From Hydrolagus colliei (taxonomy: Eukaryota): a stretch of DNA of 64,000 nt. The stretch spans positions 13,764,001 through 13,828,000 of the forward strand of contig CM068754.1 in assembly GCA_035084275.1 (NCBI GenBank). The letters run 5' to 3'. Position numbers and translations under genes: made by a program. Positions 27,503-41,840 of the stretch are shown one piece after another. Numbering within the stretch: position 1 is the stretch's first letter; every line of letters begins with the position of its first letter. The notes below the pieces were generated by a model, which saw only the letters and a program-made list of their open reading frames with translations, was not told where the DNA came from and ran no database searches.

Positions 27503-30500
27503 ATCGTGTTTCCTCCGCCTTTGTTGGCGGTGGGCCAATGAACGAGGGGTTGAAGAGCAGCTCACCCAATGGAAAATAGTGCGGTTAGGTTTCTACAGGC
27601 CACTGCATGCTTTGGAAAGTATCTTGGTACATATGGTAAACAGAGGTGCCATATCAAACTCAGCGCTGTGTTTCCACGCCGTTCCAATGCAATTATTTAA
27701 AGAGGCACTGAGCATATTCATGAGAATTAGTGATTTCTTTTGCATCACATAAGTCAACTTGCGTCTCTAGTAAATGTTGATGAGGAGGAAAAAATGGTTG
27801 ATGTGGCTATTTACCATTGGCCCAAGGTGTTCAGTTAATTTGACATTAGGCACACAGCACAAACGCTAGATCATTTCTCAAGGCTGATTGAATGTATCAA
27901 TTTTAGCTTGGATTAGTTGATGGCATTTTCACCTCGATGCATGAAGGCTTTGGGTTCAAGATCTGGATTTGTGCTCAAGAGTGTGGTCTGACACTCCGCT
28001 ATGCTATTCAGGAGATTCTGGATTGTTCAAAAATAAAGTCTTTTTTTTAAAATGTGGGACCGTACAGATGGTCATTTCCAATTTTGTGCATTCCTGTCTT
28101 CAATACAGTCAAAAGTTTCCGAGCTTTGATGGGCCAGATGCTCTTTTCTCATTCCTTACTGGTTTGCATTCCTGCAAAGATTTAACTTATTTGTCGTTAT
28201 ATAACTAAGAACTGTACTGGAGGGATTTTATTTGCGGTATCCAGTTTTGCTTGAAAATCAGGGTTATTTATAAGAAGCAACAACAACAAATTTACATTTG
28301 TTTAGCGCATTTCATGTCGGGAGGATCTCCCAATGCACTCAAATAAGAAAATGTTGCAATCAAAATGCAAATACTATCAGATCAGATGCTTAATAATTCA
28401 TTAAATATGGTTTTCCTATTTAGCCCAAGGCCTAACTTTCAAACTCACAACTCAATATAATAACTTGTCGTGAGTCCATACAAACATTGAGATAAACGAC
28501 AGACAGACACTAACTCTTCAGGCTTTGACACATGAATGATTCACATCAATGCACCTGGATGTTGGTTCAGGGCAAAGAGTAGAGATGAAACACAAAGCAA
28601 GTTGATACATTGCTTCATTTCTCAAATTGCTGTTTTTTGTTACCACTGATATTCTATACAGGAGTGTAGGAGACTTTCCAGTGTTATTTATATCATCCAA
28701 CATTTCTGTCGGTTTTGCCAAATTCACACCTGGTGTTAAAATGGTCAATGTTTCAACTGACTAATCTACGTTACACATTATCCTAAATTAACAGGATTAT
28801 TGAATCCTTTTGCTTTGGCCGCACAATTTGCCGCCACTAAATTTTTGCAACATAGGAGAATATGCTCATCAGAAATAACCTTTTTATATATAAAAAAGAA
28901 GCTTTTTCTTTCCCCTGATTTTTGGTTTTCAATCATCAAAGAGACTGAGAAGTTTGCCCACGGGTACGTTCAATTATTTCTTCTTTCTCATCATCTTGAC
29001 TACTTTAAACTACAGTACTGTTTGGTCAGATGCTCGCCTAGATTTGGGAAGAAATTTCACCTGGTTTATGAATTTGGCAAATCTTCAATACAAATTGCCT
29101 TAAGATTGAAGACGATATACTGCAAGCTGTTTTAAGAACTCCAAAAAAAAAATTTGAATGCCAGGGCTGAATTCAACAATTTGCCAATTTCTCTATGTTC
29201 CAAAATGTTACATGAATAGTTAAGGTTTGAATTTTTCCCCCACCCCCATGATTCAGCCACAGAGCAATTCTGTTAACAAGGCTGTTGACAAATGCCTTTG
29301 AAATATCCTTTAAGTTGCAAAGTTCAACCCTCATTATTAAGAATCCTGCATGGCCCAGCAGGTTTTATGATTTTACAATCTAATGCAAGTGTGCTTAGTG
29401 ATTAGGTGCATGTTACAGTATTTACAAGCCATGGCAACTCTTGTGTTACTGAGAGTCTCTGGTGAGGAACACAGCAAACACAGTTGTTTGTGTCTCTTTT
29501 TATGTTTCCAAACAAGGTGGTGCCTCAAATTGTGACCTGAATATCTAGGTAATACTAAATCATCAAGTCACCCAATGTCACCCTTGATTGATGGCTCAAA
29601 GTAACTCCAGAAATATTTACGTACAGATAAATATCCCTGATGAGAAAATAAAATAAACAGTAGGAATCTTTCCAGCCTATTGCTTTAAAAATGCTTTGTA
29701 AACACAGCTACTTCATAAGTATCACATAACCGTTTCTATAGTTTATACTCTTTAACAGTTTATTTAGGAAGTTAACTTGTTTTATCGATTTAAATATTTG
29801 CTTGGATTCATTCAAAGTGATTTTGTTGGCTGTCTTTTCCTGTTTTAATTCCTTTTCAAATTATGCATTTAGGAGCAGCAATACAATGTAATACAATTGA
29901 CATTGATATAACACCTCTCATGTCGGGAGGATATCTCAGAGCGCTTTGCGTAGTTAAGTAGTTGACTGGGCGCCCAGGCTGAGCGGTTGGGAGCTGAAGG
30001 TATATATGTGTTTGCATGTGGTGGAGTTGGGGTGTGGGGGTTTAGAGAAAGCAATCTTTCTTCTGTTTAGTTACATTCAGATCAGGTGAAAAATGTTGGA
30101 ATAATAATGCCATTGGGTCAGCTTGCTTTTTTGGCTCACGAACAAGAAAAATTGCAAAACTATTTTGTCCTTGCTGAGCTGAGCGGTGGTTAAAGATGGC
30201 CACGGTTTGGGGGATAGAATCTTTGTGTGGTTTTATAGCTACGTAGACATGAAAGTACTCAAGGGTGGAGAAGAAACTGCAGTAGCTGCTTCACACGTTG
30301 GGATGACGCCTCCAATTGTCTGCAGAACAGTGTGCATGTCCTTAAAAGCAGCTGCAAATAGGTGGCCTCTTAAGATGAATAATGAACACATGACTGCCAA
30401 CTGGTTGTATCTTGGCGTTGTCTTGTCACCCCAATTTGAGTGCTCTTGGTTGAACCATGGCTATTCAGAAACCTATGATCCCACCTTCCCTCGCGCACGA

Positions 30501-33292
30501 ACGGAACTGTGTCGGGTCTTACAGCACTAATGGAGGAGAAATGCTGCAATAATAGCGAGAGAGCGGGTAGAATTGTTTTTAAAGCTGTAAATTCACAGTA
30601 AAACGGAATTTGCAGCTGGAGAGTAAGTGGGACTTTTAATGTCAAAATGTTAACAGAACCAATTCAGAACTGTAAATGGGGAGATAACTGCTTGGAACTT
30701 CTGCTTGACTGTAGCTGTTACTGACCTTATCGCTGTTTTCATTTTGTTGTGTGCCACACAAGTGTTGTGCGCTATTTAGCTCCTAGTTTTGTACAGGGGA
30801 TAGGGGTGGTAATGGAGTTTAATATAAAATGCCAAGTCGTATAACTTGTTCTTATTGACGTGCAAACGACTTTGTGGATCAGCAGGCATGATAAAGGGAA
30901 CAGACAGACTGTAAATAACCAGGATCCAATAAGGACTAAAGATTAAAATAAAACAATAAGCACCAGGAAGAATTTTTTTAAAAAAAATCAATCATTGTTA
31001 CCTTATTCATTGAAGGGCATTTTAAAAATTAAATGCAACCCTGGTACGTGTTAAATGCTAAAATACAAAACCAATGAAACAGCGATAAAATAAGAAATAC
31101 TGTACAAGTAACATAATTGCTCAGTTGTTTTCCATACCAGCGATAACATTGTGTGAATAATAAAGCAGGATTGTCTTTTATTTCCTAATAGTAATAAAAT
31201 GATAAGTAAATTACCTGCAGTGTGTCTTTCACAGCCCATAATCGGACTTGTACTGTTTTCAGTGCATTGCTTAATAGGTGTAAATCAGTCAAAATGGAAG
31301 AGAGTGTATCATGAAGCTGACTTTTACAATAATTGGTGTCATAAAACAGGAGAAGGCTGCAGCTTATGTAATTGATCAAACTGGAAATTTTCCAGCCATG
31401 ACCGAGGAATCCCAAACATTCAGCAGAAAATAGTGAACACCAGGGCAGATTGTTAATATCATCAGACTAGATCCTGGAGTACTAACACTGACATGCTCTG
31501 AATGAATGGGAGACAATGCAGAAAGAAGGAGCACGCACATCAAAAGTCTCAGGAAAACAGGTCAAATTAATTAACAAACACAGCAGCCAAATTTGGGTGG
31601 GTGTAGGTGAGATTACACGTGTGACCTCTTGCTATCCTCAGACAGCTGAGGATTTGGAAATCGGATGCATTTTACCAATTCAAATCTCAAAATGCAAATC
31701 TCCACACGGCACATCCGAAATTTGAATTTACACTTGCTCACAGACGTTACACTCAGCAGGACCCGAGGTATCAAACTGGTTTTGCAAAGAGGTGCTCAAT
31801 GCCCATCATCCAAACTGTTCATTTGCCCCAGCTGTACTATTCATTCCCTCTGCGCAGGGACATTTATTTCCAGTTGATGGCTTGCCGCTCAGTCATATTT
31901 GTACAGAAAAAAGGTGCTTGAGCGTTTAGCTGTGATTTTCTTAATTTGCTGTCACCGATGTTAATTCTGCCAGGGTTAATTACAAGAAACTAAGGAGCCA
32001 CAGCAAACAGACTGTACCTCTCTCACTCCAATCATAGCTGAGTTGTGGCATGAGAAAATTTGTTCATTAATGTGAATCCCCAAGGGCTGCAGCATGCAGT
32101 TTTCTGAATATGAATCATAAACTGCAAACCCCTGCAGGAAGCGCATGAGATAGGATTCAGAGGAGATTGACTGTTTCACTTTTATTGCTCTAGGAAAATG
32201 ATGAACAGGCAGTCAGGAAATAAACCTGCTCATGACATTTTGTGGGCAAATTTTAATAATTTGTATGTTCAATTTACATGCTTTCAAATATTAAAATATA
32301 ATGGACAGACACTGATATGACAACCTTCTGGGTGTTACAATGAAATACCTGGAGCTGCTATCGTGAAGCTGTAGCTCAAGACTTGGTTAGTGTGTGTTTT
32401 TCTCTGAATTCCTTCATTAACATAAACAGAAAGACTCACTTTAAGGTATGACAGTGGGGGTGGGGGGGGGGGAACAGGTCATAGCTGAAGGAGGTTTTAA
32501 CAAACTGAGCGATGCTTTCCTCATTATGTCAAATCTGAGGGCACTCTCGGCATCTTTATTCATTTATTGTTTAATGTCATCAATCCTGCGGCTGCCACGC
32601 ACTCCCGATCTGGCTGATTATTACAATGTGCATTGCAGGAGACTGGCACCAACTCAATCATGTCGGCTATAATCGCTGGGAAGTTGACGCACACGATTCT
32701 GACAGTGGCAGTTATACACAGGGGCTAGCTGCACATTAACTGCTGAAGGCGATGCTCTCGTGTCATATGGATGCTGTCTCCTGATAAACCACCTGACGAT
32801 GGCCAAAACGCTTTATCAGCACCAGGAGAGAAGATTATAATTAGATCCTGGTCTCCATACTGTTTTCCTGTGAGCTGACTGATAAGTAAAGTCAGAAGCT
32901 TTTAGATTAAATTATGTGAATGATTTCCTGCACCGAGCTTACATTTGTACTTAGCAGCTGTAAGAAGGCTCTGAAACAAATACTTATGAACGTCTTTGCA
33001 TAAATTGACTCAAACCTCGTTTTAGAACCATGAGAACGATTTTCAGAACCGCAACCTCTTGTGCTCTTTCAGGAAAAAGAAACATAATTGGCCATTTGAA
33101 CCACCTGTTTCAATTAATTGTGGCACCGATTGCGTTTTATCTCACGAGTGTTTAGGTCGCAGCTAATTCCGGAAACGGTGAAAAGCGTTCGTGATTATGA
33201 GGCGGCATAAAAACGGACAATGACGCAGCTTAAACGTTACACATTGCAGAGTTCCATGGTCGTCGTTGCTTTTTGAAATTTTCATTTCACTT

Positions 33293-33586
33293 GTGGAGTC
33301 CTATAGCACAGTGGTTAGAGCACGTGCCTTACAAGCGGTAGACCTGGGTTCCATTCCAGGCAAGGCGAAACCCTGGGCAAGTTTCCTTCCACACGGCTGA
33401 TAATAATCCCGAAAAAAAAACGCGCAATAATAAATTGGTAATTTTCAATCCACGACTGTTTGTGGGACACTGCTGTGCGCAATTGGCTGCTGCAGTTCGC
33501 CCACAAATATACAGTTAATTCACTTTACAGTATATTCTGTGAAGCGCTTTGAGACGTCTAGAAGATGTGATAAGGTGCTATATCAA
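33293..33586 (+). mobile_element. Full-length tRNA-derived SINE with Deu-like body and L2-type tail
   Basis: A-box-like tagcacagtggttagagc, B-box-like gggttccattcc, body tgtttgtgggacactgctgtgcgcaattggctgctgc, tail gaagcgctttgagacgtctagaagatgtgataaggtgctatatcaa. Confidence 0.9.
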
Positions 33587-33915
33587 CATTATGACATATT
33601 CTACTGCTAAGAGATGATTCCTTGCGGAGCTCAGCAAAGCAAACTCGCGGCGCATATTAAAGATACACATATTACAGATATACCCCACTAATCTGCAACT
33701 GAATGGTAGATCAAGGAATGCAAAGAGAATCTTGATTTCAATGCTCCCTTCATTTTTACACTCCCGTTTGGTTGATTTTGTGCAAGTTAAATCTGTAGAT
33801 TTTTTTTTAGTTGTGCTTTGCTTCAGGGCTCTAGCATGGAATTAACCCAGAAAATAACTGTCTTGCTGTCGCCTAACACACAACAAAGGTATGCTCAAAC
33901 ACTCACAGATGCATG

Positions 33916-33940
33916 CACACACACACACACACACACACAC
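33916..33940. repeat. (CA)n microsatellite
   Basis: Perfect CA run of about 12 units. Confidence 0.9.
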
Positions 33941-34043
33941 GTACACAAACACATATAACTGAAATAGATTTGCTTGAAATATGCCCCTGAGGCATTGCAT
34001 GTAACAATTCTTTCCCTATTCCAACTTTGCACGTTAATGATGA

Positions 34044-34139
34044 TAATAATATACTGACAGAATGTACTGTAAAGCGGATTGACTGTAAATTTTGTGGGCA
34101 ACATACAGCAGCCAATTGTGCACAGCAGTGTCCCACAGA
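34044..34139 (-). mobile_element. Fragment of the same SINE family
   Basis: cagaatgtactgtaaag..ttgactgta..gcagccaattgtgcacagcagtgtcccaca is the reverse complement of the SINE body. Confidence 0.75.
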
Positions 34140-34212
34140 TTGCAACCTATCATTTCCAGTTGGAAAAAACTAGCATTTGCTATCCAGGAGATGCATCATA
34201 GCATTTCTTGAT

Positions 34213-34280
34213 AACAACAACAACAACAAAATTACATTTGTAAAACGCCTTTCACATCGGGAGGACATCCCAAGGCGCTG
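34213..34280 (-). mobile_element. L2 3' stem-loop plus (TTG)n tail
   Basis: (aac)n aaaattacatttgtaaaacgcctttcacatcgggaggacatcccaaggcgctg. Confidence 0.75.
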
Positions 34281-34629
34281 AAAAATTGCTTGGAGACTTC
34301 CTTGAACAATGGAAGATGAAGCCTGCCTCCCAGTCTCATGGGTTGGTTTCATTTCCCTACTGTGCTTGAGGCTGTCTTTCTTCAGGGAAAGCTCGCTTCT
34401 GATCATAAATCAAAACTGAGACTCAAAGTCAAACCTCCTTGCTGGGGTTACAGGGCTGTGCTATTAATATTGTTTGTGCTTCCTGCTTCATGTTTTGCAG
34501 TTTGTGTGCATCAGTCTTTCCAGGGTAAAATCATACCCACAGCTGGCCTGCCAAACAGCAACATTTTGAGTTGAAGCCTCGGTGTTGCAAGACTATCAAG
34601 ATGTGATTGATCCACCAGACTTGACAGTC

Positions 34630-34830
34630 AGAACATAGGAAAATTGGAAGAGGAGGAGGCCAATCATCCCTATGAACCCATTCCACCAGTTTATTAGATC
34701 TTGGCAGATCTTTTAATCCCAATGCTCTGCCCTTTTTGCCTTAACCCTTTATACCTCAATTACTCAAGTTGCTGTCTGTCTTTTAAATAGTATTTTTTCC
34801 AAAAATAAGCATTTCCCATTCCCTGGCAAA
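34630..34830 (-). mobile_element. Degenerate CR1 LINE 3' end
   Basis: agaacataggaaaattggaagaggaggaggccaatc resembles the reverse complement of CR1 3' termini. Confidence 0.45.
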
Positions 34831-37800
34831 GAGCATGGCGTTGCTCAAGTCTTTGGCCTACTCTCTATAATTCACTGATAGGGGACTGGCACAGGGTCAT
34901 TCTCACTTGCGGTCTCTGGTGCCTTGCTTTTTCTCTATTCGGCAGCTCACCTTGTATCTGGCTATGATCCGATGTTCATTGAGATCAGGAGACACAGCCT
35001 ATAAATGCAGTGATCCTATCTACAACAGGGCCACGTACAATAAAACAGACTTTGCAGGCCTCACTGTGAAAACATTTTATGTAAACACTCAGTTGTATTT
35101 TTAGTACTGTAATGGTGATTTGATGTGCAATTCTTCTGTTGGTGGAAACCGCAATGCTGTCTTTTGAGAGACAGACGTTATAAGTGTTTCTCTACGAAAG
35201 CAGCGTCATTTACATACTGCAGTGGGATTATGGTTGACATCTTTGATGAAAAGCTAAATTCAATGTTATGAAAGTCAGCCTTTTGAACTTTTCGATAGAG
35301 GCCAAGTAAACTGAGAAGAGGAGCTTTTGAAAACGTCTTATGTCTGTAGGTCTTTAGATTGTGATTTGATTTTTTTTTTGGTCAGCCAGGTGTCTGTCAC
35401 ACGCAGAACCAATTACCATGCTTGAGAGAATTCAAAGCAAACTGAGAACTCCGTGCATCCCAACCTACACGTGGAAACTCCAGAGAGAGAGCTTGTCGGG
35501 ATGGAATGTACACTCTCTCCCTGGAGAGATCCATCCTGCTTACCTAATTCCGAATGCTATTTGGTGCAGGTTGGCAAGAGCCAAGGCTTGCGGGTAGCCT
35601 TAGCTTTCCTGTTGCTTGTCCAGCTCCGACCACCCTACCCATTAGGGCTTTGGTTAACAGGGTTAACTGTCCTACTGACGAGCCAGTTAGCTGCGCTGTC
35701 ATCAGCAGTGTCCCTAGGATCCTGATGACCAGCCTGGCTCAGGAAGCAGAGCACTGAGACCACACCACAGAGAGCTGGCTCGAATCTGACATTCCACTGC
35801 CAAACATGTCACCTTGGAGCCAGTTCAGCTCCAAAGGAGACTGCGCATACCTCCACCCACCGAGAGGATATCCTCGTTTAAAAGCTCTGATTTGTTTTGT
35901 AAATGTGTCGATGGGATTTGTGTCAAAGTGCCTCAGTATTTCAGACAGTAGTTATAGCAAGCAATCAGGTGCACATCAGGAGCTTTACCGCAGCATTCCC
36001 TGCATTATACACATTTCTGTATGTTGGGCGAAGGCATTTGTGCTTCTAACACTCTACAAAATGCAACAAGTGCGGCTTTTAACTGCAAGCAGCTTCTGGA
36101 ACTTCATGCTGTGTCACATTTGTTAACAGCTCAAAGTAAAACAAAAATATGTGTTCCCAATTATTGTAAATTCTGTGAAATACAGTGTCGGAAATAAGTT
36201 TTTTTTAACCACATGGTATGCCGTTTCTGCGCTTCCTGATATAGGCCTAATGAATGCAACTGCATTTTCCTTAGGCTCAGGGCTCAGTTTGTACAGCCAT
36301 GTGGAACTACTTTGCTTGGTCAAGGTTAAAAATGTAGCTGGTGCTTGTGAAAGCAAAAGTCCGTGGTTATCACTAGATCAAACCAGTGTGTTACTTGTTG
36401 CAATACAGTATCTTAATACACTATGCACAAGCTGATGTTGTAAACTTCCGTTGCACATTAAGAAAGATTAAAATATTTGGGAAGTAAGAATTACTAGCAG
36501 TTACAGTTATTTGTACTTCTTCATTCATAGAAGAACAGTAGGAGACTGTGCACTTTGAGCAGGTCAGCCGAGTTTTAAACAGTTGATGTTTGTGTCTTGT
36601 TTAATTTGTCTGATGCTTTTTCTGGAGGGATGGCTTGCTTGAATCATTTTTACCGTTTCAGGGAATTTACTTTCACCATTTCAATACATTTGAACGGCAA
36701 TTCCCCCCCAGCCCCTCCCCCTAAATAAAAATAATGTGAAAAAATAATTGCAGTCGCATGTCATTATTATTACAGGGTTTGTTTGACCTCTCAGAATATA
36801 GAAATTTACACACAAAATTGTCACTTAGGTTATCCACACAGCTTGTGCATTGATGATGATTAATGGACTAAATGTAGGTCAAACAAAAGAAACAACATTG
36901 TAACAAAAAAAGCAAATAAGTAATGTCGACAGCGAGAATCTCACACAACACAAGTATGTTTTAGTAATGTTGCTAAACATGTGTGCTTTGTGGTTTGCAA
37001 GGTTACCCAAGAGGAATCTCATGCCTGAAATTCTAACTAGACTTAACCTATCCATTTGTCTTAACATACAAGATTGCCCACCAATTGTAGAGTGTACCTA
37101 AATTCAGTCTCGAATTAGAAGCCAGTCGTTTTTTAAGCTGCCAAATTTAGACCGAGGTTAGGGATTTTTCACAAGGTTGTTTGAAATTTTAAATAAGACG
37201 CTCATATGGGTAAAGAAGAGGTGGAATTTCAGAGCTCTGGAGTCATCAAAACTGTCTAGCGAGGACATTGTAAGATTCCCCCAATGATTTCACCTGTGTG
37301 TAGATCCCCAACTCACCTTTGTGTGTTCACACTTGGCTTTTCAACACTAAAGTGTGCCTGTAGTTGCACTTTGTGAATGTCTTATGTACGCAATTTAGCA
37401 ACATAACAAGTCTTTGTGGATACCCCACATGGTATCAATTTTAGATATGTTTAACAACTAATTATTCTTGCATGCTGGGCAGAAAGACTCTGCAAGACAG
37501 ATGGCTGAAACCTGCTGTAAGAAGGGATCATCTTAGAATTGCTACTCTGCCAGCCTAAATCCACTAATCTAATGCTATTATTGATTAGGTTCAGTAACTA
37601 GGATAAAATCTCACTACTGCAAATGTTATTTCCCTAGCACTGTGATATTTTAAAGTCAAATAACTGCTCGAGGTAAATGGCCTTTAGGCAAATAGTGGAC
37701 AATTCATTTGCTGCAGGAAGGAAATTGGCAGTACAGTAGGTTGTTAAGATGTCACTAGCTGTATAGATTTTAAACAGCATCTGCCTTTGTATTGAAGTCA

Positions 37801-40186
37801 TACTCTGCACAAAACACATCAGACACAGGAAATGTTTGTTGACAATTCACCTTTACTCAGGATGTGGCAAGTGCTCACACTCAATGTTCTTCCAAGTGAC
37901 AGTGAAGAACTGATCACTGCCAGGATTTATGTCATGAATCACAGATAAAACAAGTCTGTTCTTTATTCTGGATTATCATCATCCGATTGTGATTCTTGCA
38001 GCACACAGCATCTTAAAATAAAACTGTCCAAGTCTTAAGTGGGTTGACTTAAATGGACACTGTCCCTTTTCCTGTGTCGCATGTAGGCATTTTTTTTTCA
38101 CATACACCCACAACATATATTTCAGATATTCTGCCTTGTCAGGTGATTGCAATTTGCATACTTTAAACATGCATCAATTGGATCAGGTGCTTAAATAATA
38201 CATCAAATTATTTTTGTTCTGTATTTTTCAGAAAATTGGGACATCCTTCCGATGTGAAATGTGCTCTAAAAATGTAATTTTTGTTGTTGTTGTTGTTTCA
38301 AGCTCTTTTATTTAGTTCCCTTACGAATGTGTTTTTACAGCTGTCTCTTAGCCTGGAATCTGAGTCCTTTGAGAAGGCTTCTTAACACAATGTTCCAACT
38401 GCTAGCCTTGAGTGCTATTTAAATTGTGAGTTACAAGCCTAGATTGTCCTATAAAGAATTCTGTTTAGATCTAGGAGATCAATCAGAAATACTATTGGAG
38501 AAAAAGCTAAACGTCTTAGAAAGTAGGTTGTAGAGGAATTATTCTATTAGACTCCAGTTCTCCCACTGTCATGATTACTCGAGATGTCTTAAAGCTCTTC
38601 AGAGAATATACTGTCAAGTGAATTCACTGTGATTAAAATTAGGAATACAATAGAGTTATGTGCACAGATATGTTTCACAGATATATATATTCAAAACACA
38701 TACAGTGTATCAAAATTAGTTATAGTATGATATGAACAAATACTTGAAGTTATCGTTAAGTAGGAACATTTCATTATTTTGTAACAAAACCATTAATATT
38801 TTTATACATGTTATAACAAAATCATTCATCTTTAATGTTGGTTAAAACTTTCATTCATCCATGGCAGATGTGCGTTCTGACAACTTTATTTACCAGAAAT
38901 CCTATTTTGGGGGGATCACGACCTATCGTTGACCAATTGGGTGGGGGGGGGGGGGGGGTGGGGGGAGGTGGTGGAGGGGGGGAAGCAGTAACGTATTCAA
39001 CTAAAATATTTGTTCAAATGTTGCACATTCTTCATTCTTTTCAATTTCCATGTGTGTAGGGGGTAAATAAGGTCAAAAGGTACTTCATTTTATGGAGAAT
39101 TGCATTAGTAACAGTACTGATATTTGATTGTTAGCTGTCTTTATAGAATAATAGACTTAATCAGCCGTGACCTTAAGAGGTTGATAGACTGGCAAAAGCT
39201 CTCATAGCCAAAGGCATCAAGTGTATAATATTGAAGTCCAGATCTACCGCTAACATGGGGCAGAGTGAATGCAATTTAAGGCAACCATGGTAACTTAGCT
39301 GTGAAATCTCCTGGGTGATTACCTTGTGTTTTACAGCTCTTATGCTGAGGTGGGAGGGGACAATTTGTGATAATAATACTTCAGATTACCCCATATCTTG
39401 TTAACACCTGAGCAACACTTGATAGTTAACTAATGCAATTTGGGCTCGTCCTGTGCACTGTAAAGAGCACTCCTCTCTAGGCATTTGCATATGAACAATG
39501 AGCATCATTACTGCATGAATCAGCCATAATTATTAGGCTAATGACACAGCTATTTCACTTGAGTTTATGTGGAGCACATACCAATTTAAAAAATATGGAA
39601 TATATATAATATTTAGAAGATAAGTTCTGGATTGCTTTGACCCTGAAATAGGTTGTGTTACCTTCAGATTTATTAACAATTGATGACTTTCAGTTGTTCT
39701 AGATTTACAATGCACGTTGTTCTGCGCAATTGTCTGAATATAGTTGGGAGTCTGGAAACTTCCTATTTGACAAAGAGCTCTGGTATCATGACATTGATCT
39801 AGATCAAAGCCTCATATTACACTGCTGTCTGAACTTCAAATGACTGCACACAGTGTTTCCGAGTTTCTTTTTGCAACATTAGCCAGTCTAACTCTGGAGT
39901 GCCGATGGAGGCATTGGTAACCATGACAGATGAATCGCACAGTTCTTTCTAATGGAATCGGTGTTGGGTGCCAATGGGTAAATCACGAATTACCCATACC
40001 CTAATGTGTGTTTCAGCAACTCTGGTTCAGCAAGTATTGGTTGATGTTTGGTGTGAATTTCTGCTTTTCCGGGAAAAGAACCCAAATCTAGAATCTGAAT
40101 ATTACCCGAAAGAGGTTCATAAGAGGAAGTCAGTATGATAAAAGTGATTGTGTCTGGTTTTGCATGAATGCTTTACATTAAGATGG

Positions 40187-40466
40187 AATAATAATAATGC
40201 TTGCATTTGATATAGCTCCTTATCACGTGTTCGAGATCTCAAAGCGCTTCACAATATACTGTAAAGTATAGTGACTGTATATATGTGGGCGGAACGTGGC
40301 AGCCAGTTGTGCTCAGCAGTGTCCCACAAACAGTTGTGCATTGAAATGACCAATCTATTATTGTTTTTCTGAGGGATTATTATCAAATGTGTGGAGTAAG
40401 GAAATTTGCCCAAGGTTTCGCCCTGACCTGCCGGGAATCGAACCCAGGTATTTTGCTTGCAAAGTA
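40187..40466 (-). mobile_element. Near full-length tRNA/Deu SINE
   Basis: (aat)n tail, ctcaaagcgcttcac, gcagccagttgtgctcagcagtgtcccacaaacag, and an intact reverse-complement B box ggaatcgaacc. Confidence 0.88.
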
Positions 40467-41840
40467 ATCGCGAGGAATAGAGGTAAAGCCTTCACTGTTT
40501 AGGAGGTGCGAGTGTTGTGCCAATAGCTCTTGCGGGTGATGCAGCAGAAGGTGGATGGGGTAGTTTGGCTCAGGGCATTAGACTCACGGAAGTGACATCA
40601 CATCACTGAATGGATTATAGCTCACATCAGCTAATTTATTTGAGGTTGGGGTTTCCCACCTCATAAGCATAACTGGATTCAACCAGGAGTCAGCCTCAGC
40701 ATAAATCAGGTTTTAGTCTGTATTCAATCAGTATTTTATATAAAAAAATTAGTTGTGTTTCCGTGCAACACTGTAAAAGCGCTTTGAGATATCCTCTTGA
40801 CATGAAAGGTGCTCTGTAAATGTAACTACTGTCACAGTGAATCCTATGAAGTGCTCTAAAATGTCCTCCAGTCACGAAAAGACATTGTATCAAATGCAAG
40901 AATTATTATTGTTTATGAAACAAGAGCAAATGTTTCTCAAATATGCGTTAACCGCTGACTCTGCACAAAGCTATTTTTTTTCCCTGAGTTTATGAAATGC
41001 AAAATATGAAATGGAGACACTTAGGGTAATTCTCAGTTGTCAGAGAAAACAAAGAAGTATCTTATTGATTGTGACTTGCTGTTGGGTAAAAGCCAATGCA
41101 CAATTGAGTGGGAGTAGTATGGCATACAGCTTCCTGGAATATTAATGATAAAAGGTTGGTCCAGAGTGACACCAACATTGTTTTCTCCTAGAGTGACACC
41201 ATTTGACTTAATGCATTCTGGCCTGTGCAAAAATATTAGCATTTCATTGTATTCAGTGATAGTTGAAACACAAATGACAGAGTTCCTACTGTCCCTTCCG
41301 CAGGCTGTGAATCGAAGAAAAATGCCACACTATAATTTTAAAGTGAAAAGCCATGATTCTGATTGGTAGGCACTAAACTGAAATTGTATTTTTGTGTGCC
41401 TGCAATATGACTTTTTTTTGGTGAGTCTGTATATACTCGTTTTGTCATGTATATCTGTCCTGGTGTCTGAATTTCTCCTTTATTTTTAAATGTATTTCCC
41501 CTTCTCATGGCTGTCCAGATCAAATCTCCTATTATTGGAGTTGGTTTGAGCGACCGTCACTGTTTAGGGTAATTTTCAGTACAGAGACCGAGAGCAATCT
41601 ACCCACTTACTTCCTTTTTGGTATCTTGACCTTTCCCTAGCTGCTCACTTGAACTTCCCCCTAACACCGCAGTAAAAAAATAGCTGAATCATGAATCAGG
41701 ATGGTGAGTGCACATCCTACCACCATGTGGCACAGTGGATTACCACTTCCATTGCACAGCCTTCGTTTGGTTTGACTTTATGAACTAAATACTGAAAATT
41801 CAATTTAGTTGCCTGTCACCTAAAGATTAGAATTTAACAC

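Noticed and set aside
32793-32810. CTGACGA...AAAAC as a second hammerhead
   Set aside because: The required GAAA box and a proper stem II are missing.
33295-33370. tRNA-like sequences (also at 48293, 58286, 61867, 40400-40466)
   Set aside because: These are SINE heads contiguous with SINE body and tail, with no complete cloverleaf. They are not tRNA genes.
38939-38982. Long G-runs as a functional G-quadruplex
   Set aside because: Poly-G/poly-C runs are frequent throughout the window (for example 7170, 10310, 22520, 50970) and look like a genome-wide simple-repeat trait.
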